64,000 nt of DNA, from assembly GCA_963827755.1 (NCBI GenBank), contig CAWHCQ010000004.1, positions 32,001-96,000 of the forward strand, written 5' to 3'. Both the position numbers and the translations under genes were made by a program. Below are positions 53,562 to 62,534 of this stretch, piece by piece. Every line of letters starts with the position of its first letter. The stretch's first letter is position 1. The DNA comes from an uncultured Gammaproteobacteria bacterium (GTDB taxonomy: Bacteria; Pseudomonadota; Gammaproteobacteria; UBA9214). The notes beneath the pieces are model-generated. The model did not search any database. It saw only the letters and a list, made by a program, of their open reading frames with translations, and was not told where the DNA came from.

Positions 53562-54017
53562 ATGAAGTTCTCTGCACATGAGCGTAGCCGCGCACGCCGT
53601 TATGCCATGCAGGCCCTCTACCAGTGGGACCTGTCGGGCACCGATCTGCCCGAGATCCGCAAGCAGTTTCTGGAGGCCGAGGACTTCACCCGCGCCGACC
53701 GGAGCTACTTCAATGGCTTGTTGAGAGATATACCGAAACATATTGTAAAGATTGATAAAAATATCTCTGAAAATATCGATCGTCCGATCGAGCAGCTGGA
53801 CCCGGTGGAGCGCGCCATCCTGCGTATCGCGGTCTGCGAGTTATTGCTCCGCGCCGAGATTCCCTACCGGGTGAGCATCAATGAGGCGGTCAACCTGGCG
53901 AAGAAATTCGGCGCCGAGCAGGGGCACACCTTCGTGAACGGGGTGCTTGACCAGGCGGCGCATACGATTCGCCCGGCTGAATGCGCCGGCTCGCATGAGA
54001 ATGCCGCCGGTCGCTGA
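53562..54017 (+). CDS. nusB: transcription antitermination factor NusB
   Basis: RSRARR.AMQALYQW, INEAV.LAKKFG, FVNGVLD. Confidence 0.96.
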   Translation: MKFSAHERSRARRYAMQALYQWDLSGTDLPEIRKQFLEAEDFTRADRSYFNGLLRDIPKHIVKIDKNISENIDRPIEQLDPVERAILRIAVCELLLRAEIPYRVSINEAVNLAKKFGAEQGHTFVNGVLDQAAHTIRPAECAGSHENAAGR

Positions 54018-54024
54018 ATCGGCC

Positions 54025-54992
54025 ATGTCCGAATCCGAGTTCGAAATCATCCGCCGTTATTTCATGCGGCAATCATTAAAACGCGACGATGTGCTTACCG
54101 CTATCGGCGATGATGCAGCCGTGTTGCGGGTGCCGGCCGGACAGGAGCTGGTTGTCTGTATGGATACGCTGGTTGCCGGGGTGCACTTTCCCTGCGAAAC
54201 AGCAGCTGCTGCCATTGGTCATAAATCACTGGCGGTCAATCTCAGTGACCTCGCGGCCATGGGGGCAACCCCCGCCTGGGCCACCTTGTCACTGACGATG
54301 CCCGAAAATGATTCCACCTGGATCGATGAATTCAGCCGCGCATTCCTGGCGCTTGCCGATCGTTACAGCGTGCAGCTGGTGGGCGGTGATACAACGCGCG
54401 GACCGCTCTCGGTGACGGTGCAGGCGCACGGTCTTGTTTCACGAGGCGATGCATTGATGCGCAATGGCGCAGCGCCGGGTGACAGGATTTATGTAACGGG
54501 GACTTTGGGTGATGCAGGACTGGCCTTGCAGTTGCAGGGAGATGCCCCGGCTGATTTGCAGAAGAAACTGGATTACCCGGAACCGCGTATTGAGGCAGGG
54601 CAGCTGCTTGCCGGGCTTGCCAGTGCAGCGATTGATATTTCCGACGGCCTGCTGGCCGACCTGGGTCACTTGCTGGAAGGCGGCTGATGCGGGTGCGTCC
54701 CTGCAGGTCGATAGCCTGCCGCGCTCGAATGAATTTATTTCAAGCCTGCAGCAAGTCGGTGTCACAACAGCCGTCCCGCTATTATGAATTACCCCTGTCA
54801 GCCGGGGATGACTACGAACTGTGTTTTACCGTCCCGGAGCGGCACTGCGCCAGGGTCGAACAGCAATTATCGGCACTGCCTTGCGGCTGTACGCAAATCG
54901 GCATCATCGAGGAACAGGCAGGAATCCGCTGTTATCTGGAGGACGGCACGCGCTACCAGCCTGTTGCCGCGGGATACCGGCACTTTGAATGA
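54025..54992 (+). CDS. thiL: thiamine-monophosphate kinase, frameshifts near 54680 and 54775
   Basis: EFEII.RYF, IGDDAA, AVNLSDLAAMGA, GGDT, DISDGL. GDDYELCFT and GYRHF lie in later frames. Confidence 0.93.
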
Positions 54993-54999
54993 GACCGAG

Positions 55000-55480
55000 A
55001 TGACGCCGAGGATAAATCCGCGGCTGTTGCTGCACCCCGTGGACTGCCTGGCGCTGGGATTTGGCAGCGGGCTGGTGCCGCGTGCCCCGGGGACCGCGGG
55101 GACGCTGGTTGCGATCCCGCTGTACCTGCTGCTGCAGACGCCTTTCGCTGAATCTCTATCTGCCGCTGGTCATCGGGCTGTTCCTGCTCGGAATCCCGAT
55201 TTGCGCCCACACCGCACGGCGTCTCGGTGTGCATGATCATCCCGGGATTGTCTGGGACGAAATTGTCGGTTACCTGGTGACCATGACCCTTGCACCCGCC
55301 GGGTTGGGTCTGGGTTGCCGCGGGATTTGTCCTGTTCAGGCTGTTCGATGTTATCAAACCCTGGCCGATCAGCTGGTGTGACCGGCGGGTACACGGTGGC
55401 TTCGGGATTATGCTGGATGATTTGCTGGCGGGTGTGATGGCGGCAGCAGTATTGCAATTGGTTGTTGTTTTATTTGTAGG
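55000..55480 (+). CDS. pgpA: phosphatidylglycerophosphatase A, at least 2 frameshifts, 3' end approximate
   Basis: GFGSGL...APGTAGT, HDHPGIVWDEIVG, FRLFDVIKPWPI..D....GG.GIMLDD. Confidence 0.9.
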
Positions 55481-55499
55481 GGCGCCTTGCAGGCGCGAT
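55476..55499. repeat. single GTAG-type REP (family C)
   Basis: GTAGG-G-GCGCCT-TGC-AGGCGC-GAT. Confidence 0.55.
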
Positions 55500-55514
55500 T
55501 ATTATTTGATGCGG

Positions 55515-55805
55515 GCTTTCGCTGGTCGCTCCCGGCATCCATGCCTCCCGCGACACTTGTACATCCATGTACATCGCGCACGGCGAGATACTTTTCTTTG
55601 CTCCGCCAAAGAAAAGTATCCAAAAGAAAGGCGGCCCGAAGGCTTGCCCGCTACTTGATCTACAAGCCCGCTTCGCAGGCTTGCCCATGCGCTTCTCGCG
55701 AAAACCGGCGCATGCGCAACTCGCAATCTCGCTGCGCTCGAAAGCTCAGACAGGGCGCATGCTTCATCCGGTTTTCACTGCGATGCTCGGCTGCGCCTAC
55801 GGGAG
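55515..55805. mobile_element. non-coding palindrome-rich MITE-like element, boundaries approximate
   Basis: GATACTTTTCTTTG-CTCCGC-CAAAGAAAAGTATC hairpin at 55587-55620, plus GGCATCCATGCC and GTACATCCATGTAC mini-hairpins. No credible ORF. Confidence 0.55.
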
Positions 55806-56014
55806 TAGTTTAAAACCGTGGAATGTCCCGAATTGCTCGTATTCCGGTCGTTTAGCCTCTGCTTATATAATCAATGACTTAAAGGCGGGAGACGACCCAA
55901 AGACGACGTTTAGCGCTTGGTAATATAGATATTGCGGGCGTATATTGAAGTTTCCAGTTAAATAAATAAACAAGACTGGCAACAACTAATAATAGGTTTG
56001 CTGGAGAAATCACT

Positions 56015-56857
56015 ATGAAGAAGTCGCATTCATTAGCCTCGATAAGCGCCGCTATTATTATGTTCCTGTCAACAGCAACGTCTGCTGCGTTGATTGATCG
56101 CGGTGATGGCTTGATCTATGACAATGTACTGAATATCACCTGGCTGCAGAATTCATTCCTGGCTGCGAGTAATACGTTTGGTTTGCCGACTGGTGTGAGT
56201 CTGGGTACACATCCTTCCGACAGCAGCGGTTTTAATGGAATCATCTATTCCATAGGCACCATGAACTGGCCCGGCGCTCTGCACTGGATCGACGCCATGA
56301 ACGCTGACGGCGGCACGGGTTATAAGGGGTTTAACGACTGGCGTCTGCCGATAATGAGTCCCGTCAATGGCAGCAGTTTCAATACAACGTTGAGCAGCGA
56401 CGCCACGACTGATATGGGTACCGCCCCGACTACCACTGATGGGTCGGACGGTGGCTGGCGCGATGGCAGCAACAACCCGGTCTCAGAGATGGGACACATG
56501 TACTACGTGAACCTGGCCAACCTTGGATTGTGTGATCCAGCCGTACCTTATTGTACCTTCCAGACCGGCTGGGGTCTGAATAACACCAGCTTTGTCGATG
56601 CAGAGACCGGCCTGACGGTGTCGCTTGATATTAACCAGAGCGGTAGCGGCTACTGGTTCGGTACGGAGTTAAATTCCAGTACCGCGTGGGGCTTCGGCTT
56701 AAACGTTGGCAGTCAGGTCCAGGCCAGCGGCGATAAGGACTTCACCTCCGCCTATGTTTGGGCTGTGCGTCCCGGCGATGTGCCGATACCCGCCGCGGTG
56801 TGGCTGTTCGGCTCCGGCCTGCTGGGACTAGTAGGGATAGCTAGGAGGAAGTCATGA
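56015..56857 (+). CDS. VPLPA-CTERM (PEP-CTERM-like) sorted protein with DUF1566/Lcl-like motifs
   Basis: Signal peptide, DWRLP, SEMGHMYY, VWAVR, C-terminal VPIPAAVWLFGSGLLGLVGIARRK. Confidence 0.88.
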   Translation: MKKSHSLASISAAIIMFLSTATSAALIDRGDGLIYDNVLNITWLQNSFLAASNTFGLPTGVSLGTHPSDSSGFNGIIYSIGTMNWPGALHWIDAMNADGGTGYKGFNDWRLPIMSPVNGSSFNTTLSSDATTDMGTAPTTTDGSDGGWRDGSNNPVSEMGHMYYVNLANLGLCDPAVPYCTFQTGWGLNNTSFVDAETGLTVSLDINQSGSGYWFGTELNSSTAWGFGLNVGSQVQASGDKDFTSAYVWAVRPGDVPIPAAVWLFGSGLLGLVGIARRKS

Positions 56858-57513
56858 AGAAATCACGTCTGTTGGGTGCTGTGTGTGCATCCTTACTCCT
56901 CCTGTGCACCTCAGTGACGCAGGCAACAATCGTAATAATTGAACCTGATAATTATCTACCGGGGCAAGCTCTAACTAACGTGATTTCCGGAGTTACCTTG
57001 TCGGTTGCAAATGGGAGTGGAGTGCCTCAGTTAAATGACCAAGTTGAAGCTTTCCAAGGTAACTTTTCATCAACCGGAAGCTTGGTATTTGGGAGGCAGG
57101 TGGTACCTTTCATTCCCGATGATAACTGGTTTCTTACCGATATTTTCGTTCACTCAATCTTACGCGCTGACTTTAACGTGCCGGTAGATGCGGTTTCCAT
57201 TGATGTAATATCAGATACAACAGGGGATGAGGGAGCGCTGCTGGCCTACGATGCATCGGGTACACTGTTGGATACCGCCGTGGTCAGTCTTGGTAACCCC
57301 GGCACGTTTGCGACAGCTACCATTAGTCGCCCAACGGCAGACATTGCCTATATACTCGCTGGCGGCTATCCGGTTGTCTCTAGTCCGCCTTTTAACGTCG
57401 TTGCGCTCGACAATCTTCAATTCAATGTTATCCCCATCCCCCCAGCCCTCTACCTCTTCGGCTCCGGCCTACTTGGTCTAGTCGGTATGGCTAGGCGCAA
57501 AAAAGCGGCTTAA
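56854..57513 (+). CDS. VPLPA-CTERM sorted protein
   Basis: Signal peptide, C-terminal IPIPPALYLFGSGLLGLVGMARRKKAA, ATGA overlap. Confidence 0.88.
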   Translation: MKKSRLLGAVCASLLLLCTSVTQATIVIIEPDNYLPGQALTNVISGVTLSVANGSGVPQLNDQVEAFQGNFSSTGSLVFGRQVVPFIPDDNWFLTDIFVHSILRADFNVPVDAVSIDVISDTTGDEGALLAYDASGTLLDTAVVSLGNPGTFATATISRPTADIAYILAGGYPVVSSPPFNVVALDNLQFNVIPIPPALYLFGSGLLGLVGMARRKKAA

Positions 57514-57535
57514 CACTAAATAAGAATCAACAGGG

Positions 57536-57564
57536 ACGGCGGCTTCGGTCGCCGTATTATATTT
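57536..57564 (+). terminator. probable intrinsic terminator
   Basis: ACGGCGGC-TTCG-GTCGCCGT followed by an AT-rich tract. Confidence 0.65.
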
Positions 57565-57835
57565 GCTAAAGGTCTGAAAGTGGCCGACTCCAGTCTTCGT
57601 CGGGCGTTGCAACAATTGGTGAGGGGCGAGCCAGGAACGGCAGGTTACCGACCGTACCCGGTCGTTTAGCAAATAACTATCTGATAATTTGCTAAAAGAC
57701 AGGAGCCGACCCTTTCCTGAAGTTCGGCGACTTGGATTGAATGTCTTGAAGAATAGTAATCAAGCCTAAAAGTAGTAAGAGTGATTGCTCGATAAGCTTG
57801 AGATTCAGGGAAAATGGCGTTAATTCAGCCTACAC

Positions 57836-58264
57836 TCAACCGCTAATATAGGTTTCAAGATTCTTGATCTTGAAGTCCTTCTCAACGATCAGATATTTGA
57901 CGACGTCACCGATCGACACAATGCCGCAGAGGCTGCCGTTGCAAAGTACCGGGAGATGGCGGATACGCTTTTCGGTTATCAGCTGCATGCAATCGTCCAG
58001 CGAGGTTTCCGGCGTGACGGTGGTCAGATCGGTTGACATGAGTTCCCTGACCTTGACCTTGTCGATTTTCTGCCCCTGAAGAACCACCTTCCGGATAACA
58101 TCGCGTTCGGAAACCATTCCGACAACCGCGCCGCCTTCCACCACCACCACTGTTCCCGCGGAAATATCTTCCATTTTTTCGATCGCATCCCGCACCGATG
58201 TGTCCGGGTCCACGGTCAAAACATCGCGTCCTTTGGAATCCAGCAAATTCAATACAGCACCCAT
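57836..58264 (-). CDS. CBS-domain pair protein
   Basis: GMVSERD, RIRHLPV, GIVSIGDVVK. GGAGG RBS. Confidence 0.93.
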   Translation of the reverse strand: MGAVLNLLDSKGRDVLTVDPDTSVRDAIEKMEDISAGTVVVVEGGAVVGMVSERDVIRKVVLQGQKIDKVKVRELMSTDLTTVTPETSLDDCMQLITEKRIRHLPVLCNGSLCGIVSIGDVVKYLIVEKDFKIKNLETYISG

Positions 58265-58409
58265 TACAACCTCCTTGATAATTTATTGATAAACCCCATA
58301 CTTATATTCAGTATATCTGCAAGAACACAAACCTCAAGCCAATCAGTTAATTTATACATAATCCGAAGTATGACATTTTTGAAAAGATATGTAGTCCGTC
58401 TTTAGGCGA

Positions 58410-58580
58410 ACCTGGGGGCTTCTACCCCAGCTGCCGGGCACGTCGTATGGCAGAAAGTGCCGCCTTGCTGGTAGATGAAGTATTGCCACATGAGCCCATG
58501 CGCCAATGGGTATTCAGCGTGCCGTTTCCTCTCAGGTTCCTGTTTGCCAGCCAACCCAAAATCATGGGCAAGGCGCTGGA
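58410..58580 (+). pseudogene. IS91/ISCR-family transposase remnant
   Basis: GFYPSCRARRMAESAALLVDEVLPHEPMRQWVFSVPFPLRFLFA matches the recalled GFCPSCGARRM...RQWV segment of ISCR/IS91-like transposases. Truncated on both sides. Confidence 0.8.
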
Positions 58581-58913
58581 GCAACAATCCGCTGAAATAA
58601 AAACGCCGGAGCAGAACACAGAGGTCGGGCTAAAACCCGCCGGTTATGCGTAAAAGCATTAAAAGAATACAGTACCCTTTAAGCACGACGTGAACATCCG
58701 GTTTCGCAGGAAGCTGACGTTCGCGAGTAGGGTGGTGTATGACGTGTATCCGAACTCGGACGTTCAGAAAACCAATTCCAGAGTTTCCTCTGGCCGCTTG
58801 GTGATACTAAATGCCATCTGCATGCTGACGTGGCCTGCTCCCTGATTTTGTACTACAGTAGCAACTGATTTTCGGACTGCCGCTATATCCATCTATTGAC
58901 GTTCGCCCAAGTC

Positions 58914-59756
58914 ATGCTCAGGCAAAGCTATCTTCTTATTGCGATTCTATGTCTCGGCGTTTTCGCCGGATACTATCTGTTGCGTGTTGTTTCACCACAA
59001 CCGGGTAGTCCAAATGCCGAAGCACCACAGGGTACGTTGGAGTTCGACCGAGAGTATAAAGACTATACGGATGTTACGCTTACCCGATTGCAGCAGCGAC
59101 TCGAGCAAGCAGAGCAGGAGCGGGTATGGCTGGCCGAACGAATTGCAGCACTGGAGGCGGTGACAGGGAAACCCGAGACGTATCCTGACACCGGAACCGG
59201 GACACCGGCAACTGAGGCAAACGAGGTAATGGAATCCACTGCACCACCACCGACCTTTCGCACCAGCGTCGAAGCCCTGATCGAGACCGGTATCCCGGAG
59301 GAGCAGGCGGCCCGCATCCAAGCGTATCTTGATGAGTATGACCTGAAGCAGTTGTATCTGCAGGACCTCGCCAGCCGCGAGGGCTGGCTCAATACCGCCC
59401 GCTACCGCAAGGAACAGAGCGAGACCCGGAATGCCTACCAGGATTTACGCTCGGAGATCGGGGACGATGCCTACGATCGCATGCTCTATGCCCTTGGACG
59501 GACCAACCGGGTCGTAGTGCGCGACATCATGCAGAACTCGACCGCTGAGCAATACGACCTGCGGGCAAACGACCGGATCATCGAGTATGACGGCCAGCGG
59601 GTGTTCACTGGCCAGGAACTGAACACGCTGGTCACCCAAGGGACTGCCGGTGCGCCAGTGCTATTGCGGGTGCAGCGGGATGAACAGCAACTCGAGTTCT
59701 ACCTCCCACAGGGGCCGATTGGCATCAGGCTGGCCACCAGCCGAGAACAACCCTAG
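58914..59756 (+). CDS. membrane-anchored PDZ-domain protein
   Basis: N-terminal TM, coiled coil, C-terminal STAEQYDLRANDRIIEYDGQ...VQRD...GPIGI. Confidence 0.8.
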   Translation: MLRQSYLLIAILCLGVFAGYYLLRVVSPQPGSPNAEAPQGTLEFDREYKDYTDVTLTRLQQRLEQAEQERVWLAERIAALEAVTGKPETYPDTGTGTPATEANEVMESTAPPPTFRTSVEALIETGIPEEQAARIQAYLDEYDLKQLYLQDLASREGWLNTARYRKEQSETRNAYQDLRSEIGDDAYDRMLYALGRTNRVVVRDIMQNSTAEQYDLRANDRIIEYDGQRVFTGQELNTLVTQGTAGAPVLLRVQRDEQQLEFYLPQGPIGIRLATSREQP

Positions 59757-59793
59757 ATAAGGTTGGAGGGAGTGAAACTACAGCATTAGTAAC

Positions 59794-59822
59794 AAGGCTC
59801 CTTCAGGAGCCGTTTTTTCTTT
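59794..59822 (+). terminator. intrinsic terminator
   Basis: GGCTCC-TTCA-GGAGCC-GTTTTTTCTTT. Confidence 0.8.
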
Positions 59823-60124
59823 GGGATTGAATGTCCGAGTTTAGCACTGCATCTCGGAAGTTCGCATGAATTTGGGGAATGACAGGTTCTGGCCGATCCC
59901 GGTAGTACAGTAATCATCCCCAGAGAGATGACTGGCATCTGCTGAACGACCGATTCTGCCCCGATTCAGGTCGTTCCAGGTAGACGCTTACAACGCCGTA
60001 ATCCCAGTTGTGTTCAGTCCTTTCAGAAGCTGTTGAACCGATCCGAAGACAACTTCGTAAACAACATTGTATGCTGGATACTCTTATATCCAATATAGTG
60101 CTAGATGGTTTGATGGATTAGTTC

Positions 60125-60985
60125 ATGGTACACACAACCGGAAGTCTGCTACAACCAAGTTCCTGGCGCATCGCGGCGGCGCTCTTGCCGGGTCTGCTGG
60201 TGGGGGGGCTCATGTTGGCGAACGGTCCAATCCCGCAACCCCTGAGCTATCACGACTTTGCCGATACCCGAGTTTTGCTTGGTATCCCCCACGCCGGAAA
60301 TGTGTTGACGAATCTGGCTTTTTTCATCGTCGGCGGGTGGGGGTTGTGGTTTCTCGCGCAACCAAATTCTTCAGGACGATCTTTCATCGATGGCCGCGAG
60401 CGCCGACTTTTCCGGTATTTCTTCACGGGTGTGTTTCTTACAGCTTTCGGTTCCGGCTGGTATCACCTGGAACCGGACAATTACAGCTTGGTCTGGGATC
60501 GCCTGCCGATGGCAGTGGCTTTCATGAGCATCTTCGCGGTCATGATCGCTGAACGCGTGAAGTTGAATATTGGCGTCGCCTTGTTAGGGCCACTGGTGGC
60601 AATTGGAGTGGCAAGCGTGCTGTGGTGGATCTGGACAGAGCATGCGGGTCAGGGGGATCTGCGTTGGTATTTGATGGTGCAGTTCTACCCCACCCTTACC
60701 ATTGCGCTGATGCTTCTGTTACTGCCCACGCCATACACAAGAGGCAACGACTATTGGGGACTGTTTTTATTTTACGCGGCGGCCAAGGTCGTGGAAGTAC
60801 TCGACCACGAGATATTCAACTTGTCCCAGGGTTTGGTTAGTGGCCACAATCTAAAACACCTGTTCGCAGCAGCTGGTGCTGCGTGGCTCTTGCGGATGCT
60901 CTGGTTGCGCCAGGCACGCCGTCCCCTGATACACCGGGGAAGCGTCCTTGCTACAGCTGAAGTATTCAGCCCGGAGGAGGAGTGA
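60125..60985 (+). CDS. alkaline (phyto)ceramidase-like / CREST membrane hydrolase
   Basis: YHDFADTR, NVLTNLAF, GSGWYH, WDRLPM, SGHNLKHL. Confidence 0.85.
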   Translation: MVHTTGSLLQPSSWRIAAALLPGLLVGGLMLANGPIPQPLSYHDFADTRVLLGIPHAGNVLTNLAFFIVGGWGLWFLAQPNSSGRSFIDGRERRLFRYFFTGVFLTAFGSGWYHLEPDNYSLVWDRLPMAVAFMSIFAVMIAERVKLNIGVALLGPLVAIGVASVLWWIWTEHAGQGDLRWYLMVQFYPTLTIALMLLLLPTPYTRGNDYWGLFLFYAAAKVVEVLDHEIFNLSQGLVSGHNLKHLFAAAGAAWLLRMLWLRQARRPLIHRGSVLATAEVFSPEEE

Positions 60986-61273
60986 CGCCAAAATTCCAAA
61001 ATTTGGCCCATACTTAAATCCGGTGACCAATGTCACCTTTCTTGCATAGTTGCCGTTGAGGGTTTTTGGCGAGAAGGCGGCAACGGGTCTGTTCCCGCTT
61101 TTTAACAGCGGCTAATATTGGAAATGGCTAAACGGTGACTATCGACCCAATATAGCGGAAGTACAGCAAATTGAATTGTATGTCCGAGATTGCGGCGAAA
61201 GCTGACGTTAGCACCCAAGTTCACATTTCCCTATCAGCAAATTTCGATTGTTCGCGAACAGATTTATTGAACG

Positions 61274-61669
61274 CTAATTATTTCTCGCCCCCTGCTTCAC
61301 CCACAAATGCAGAATCTCAATCTCATGTTCTGTTATGGGCTTGTGTGTATTTTTCAATTTAAGAGACAAATTACCGGCACGACCCTCGACCAGCATATTA
61401 AGGGGGCTCGTTTTACTATTACCCGGTACAATCACAGGCCCATATATCGATCCCTCCATGAGGGCCTCATAACTATCCATTTCTAGTCCCGTCTTTCTAT
61501 AACCCCCACCGTTGGGCGGTGTATGGCAATCTATGCATTTATCCACAAATATAGGGTGCACATCTCGTTGATAGCTAATCTGCGGTGTGGTTGTACAACC
61601 TGAAGAATAAAGAGAGGTTAGGAGTGTAGTTATAAAACTAACGGTGTATGTATAGTTCATTGGTCTCAT
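61274..61669 (-). CDS. c-type cytochrome lipoprotein (planctomycete cytochrome C-like)
   Basis: SSGC lipobox, ISYQRDVHPIF..KCIDCH, IVPG..S.L, WVKQGA. Confidence 0.82.
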   Translation of the reverse strand: MRPMNYTYTVSFITTLLTSLYSSGCTTTPQISYQRDVHPIFVDKCIDCHTPPNGGGYRKTGLEMDSYEALMEGSIYGPVIVPGNSKTSPLNMLVEGRAGNLSLKLKNTHKPITEHEIEILHLWVKQGARNN

Positions 61670-61680
61670 AGGGCATTACG

Positions 61681-62412
61681 TCAATCAGCCAACACAATTT
61701 GGGAAAGATCACTTATGCAATCCTTTCCTTCTTTTAAAAGCTTTTTCAAAAGTCTCGGATCATGCTCCATATCCAATTCTAACGTGATCATCGCATGGCA
61801 CTCGATTCTTTTGAAAGAGGCTAAAGTATCATTTTTCATCCGTTCTTTCATGATGTTAACGCCAATGACAGGAGGAACGAAAAAATTCGGCTTCATACTT
61901 GATTCATGAAGCACCCGGGTACGTGCCCCCTGAGGGTGTATTTCCCAGGTGGAAAAGCCCGATTCAAAGCTGCTGAGTTCCGGAATGGTTTTTATTGTAA
62001 TGAGTTCTTCCCCAGCCTCTACAATATCCCCGACCCAGTCAATTGTAATGTGGAACGGTCCTATCAAGTGCACAGAATGATTCCGCACCCTAATCACTTC
62101 ATCACGATCAGAAGGAAGCATCTCGATTTCGGTAATAGCTGGATTTATTCGATAGCCATGCTTGTAATCAGTTATTACCTCATATACGTAATCCTTAGGC
62201 GCATCGAGTATATATACAACCCGCAGGCGGTACTCACCATTCGCCTCTATTACGGACAGTTCTTCAAGCTCACCAGCAGTGGAAATAGCATTGAATAGTA
62301 GCAAAGCAGACAGGGTGCATATCCAGGTCACTGAGGTGCATAGCATTGAATGCCGCGACTCAGCTTGCCTGAGAAATAATGCCATCAACTGCTGCATTAT
62401 CGTCATCATCAA
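61681..62412 (-). CDS. SRPBCC/START (polyketide cyclase-like) domain protein
   Basis: LDAP...VYEVITDY, G..TW...GARTRV, P.FFVPPVIG. Start uncertain. Confidence 0.7.
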   Translation of the reverse strand: MMMTIMQQLMALFLRQAESRHSMLCTSVTWICTLSALLLFNAISTAGELEELSVIEANGEYRLRVVYILDAPKDYVYEVITDYKHGYRINPAITEIEMLPSDRDEVIRVRNHSVHLIGPFHITIDWVGDIVEAGEELITIKTIPELSSFESGFSTWEIHPQGARTRVLHESSMKPNFFVPPVIGVNIMKERMKNDTLASFKRIECHAMITLELDMEHDPRLLKKLLKEGKDCISDLSQIVLAD

Positions 62413-62534
62413 GGGGTAATCATCCTGTGTTACTTTAAGGAAGTTTGTTGGCTGTCGATGAGGAGAAAATGGAGACTATCCTACTGCTCCGTCGTGAAAG
62501 GGAATCAGAGGAGTTGTATCTCGAGATAATGAAA

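Larger units (their letters stand above)
55822..61209. repeat. about 15 dispersed ~30-bp imperfect hairpins (AAYGNC...GNMGTT) clustered in intergenic spacers
   Basis: Copies start at 55822, 55881, 57568, 57636, 57695, 58693, 58738, 58780, 59830, 59878, 59945, 61029, 61074, 61131, 61179. Loops often TGGCCG or CGACCC. Confidence 0.65.

Noticed and set aside
54680-54700. Selenocysteine or stop readthrough at in-gene TGA codons (thiL here, also GGDEF at 12678)
   Set aside because: Homology resumes in a different frame, so these are frameshifts rather than recoded stops
55290-55923. ORFs across the pgpA tail and palindromic element
   Set aside because: Apart from the pgpA portion, the translations derive from repeat DNA and have no protein-like features
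55822-61209. Classical integron attC array
   Set aside because: Hairpins are about 30 bp, lack clear RYYYAAC/GTTRRRY and L boxes, occur in clusters, flank genes in both orientations, and no intI is present
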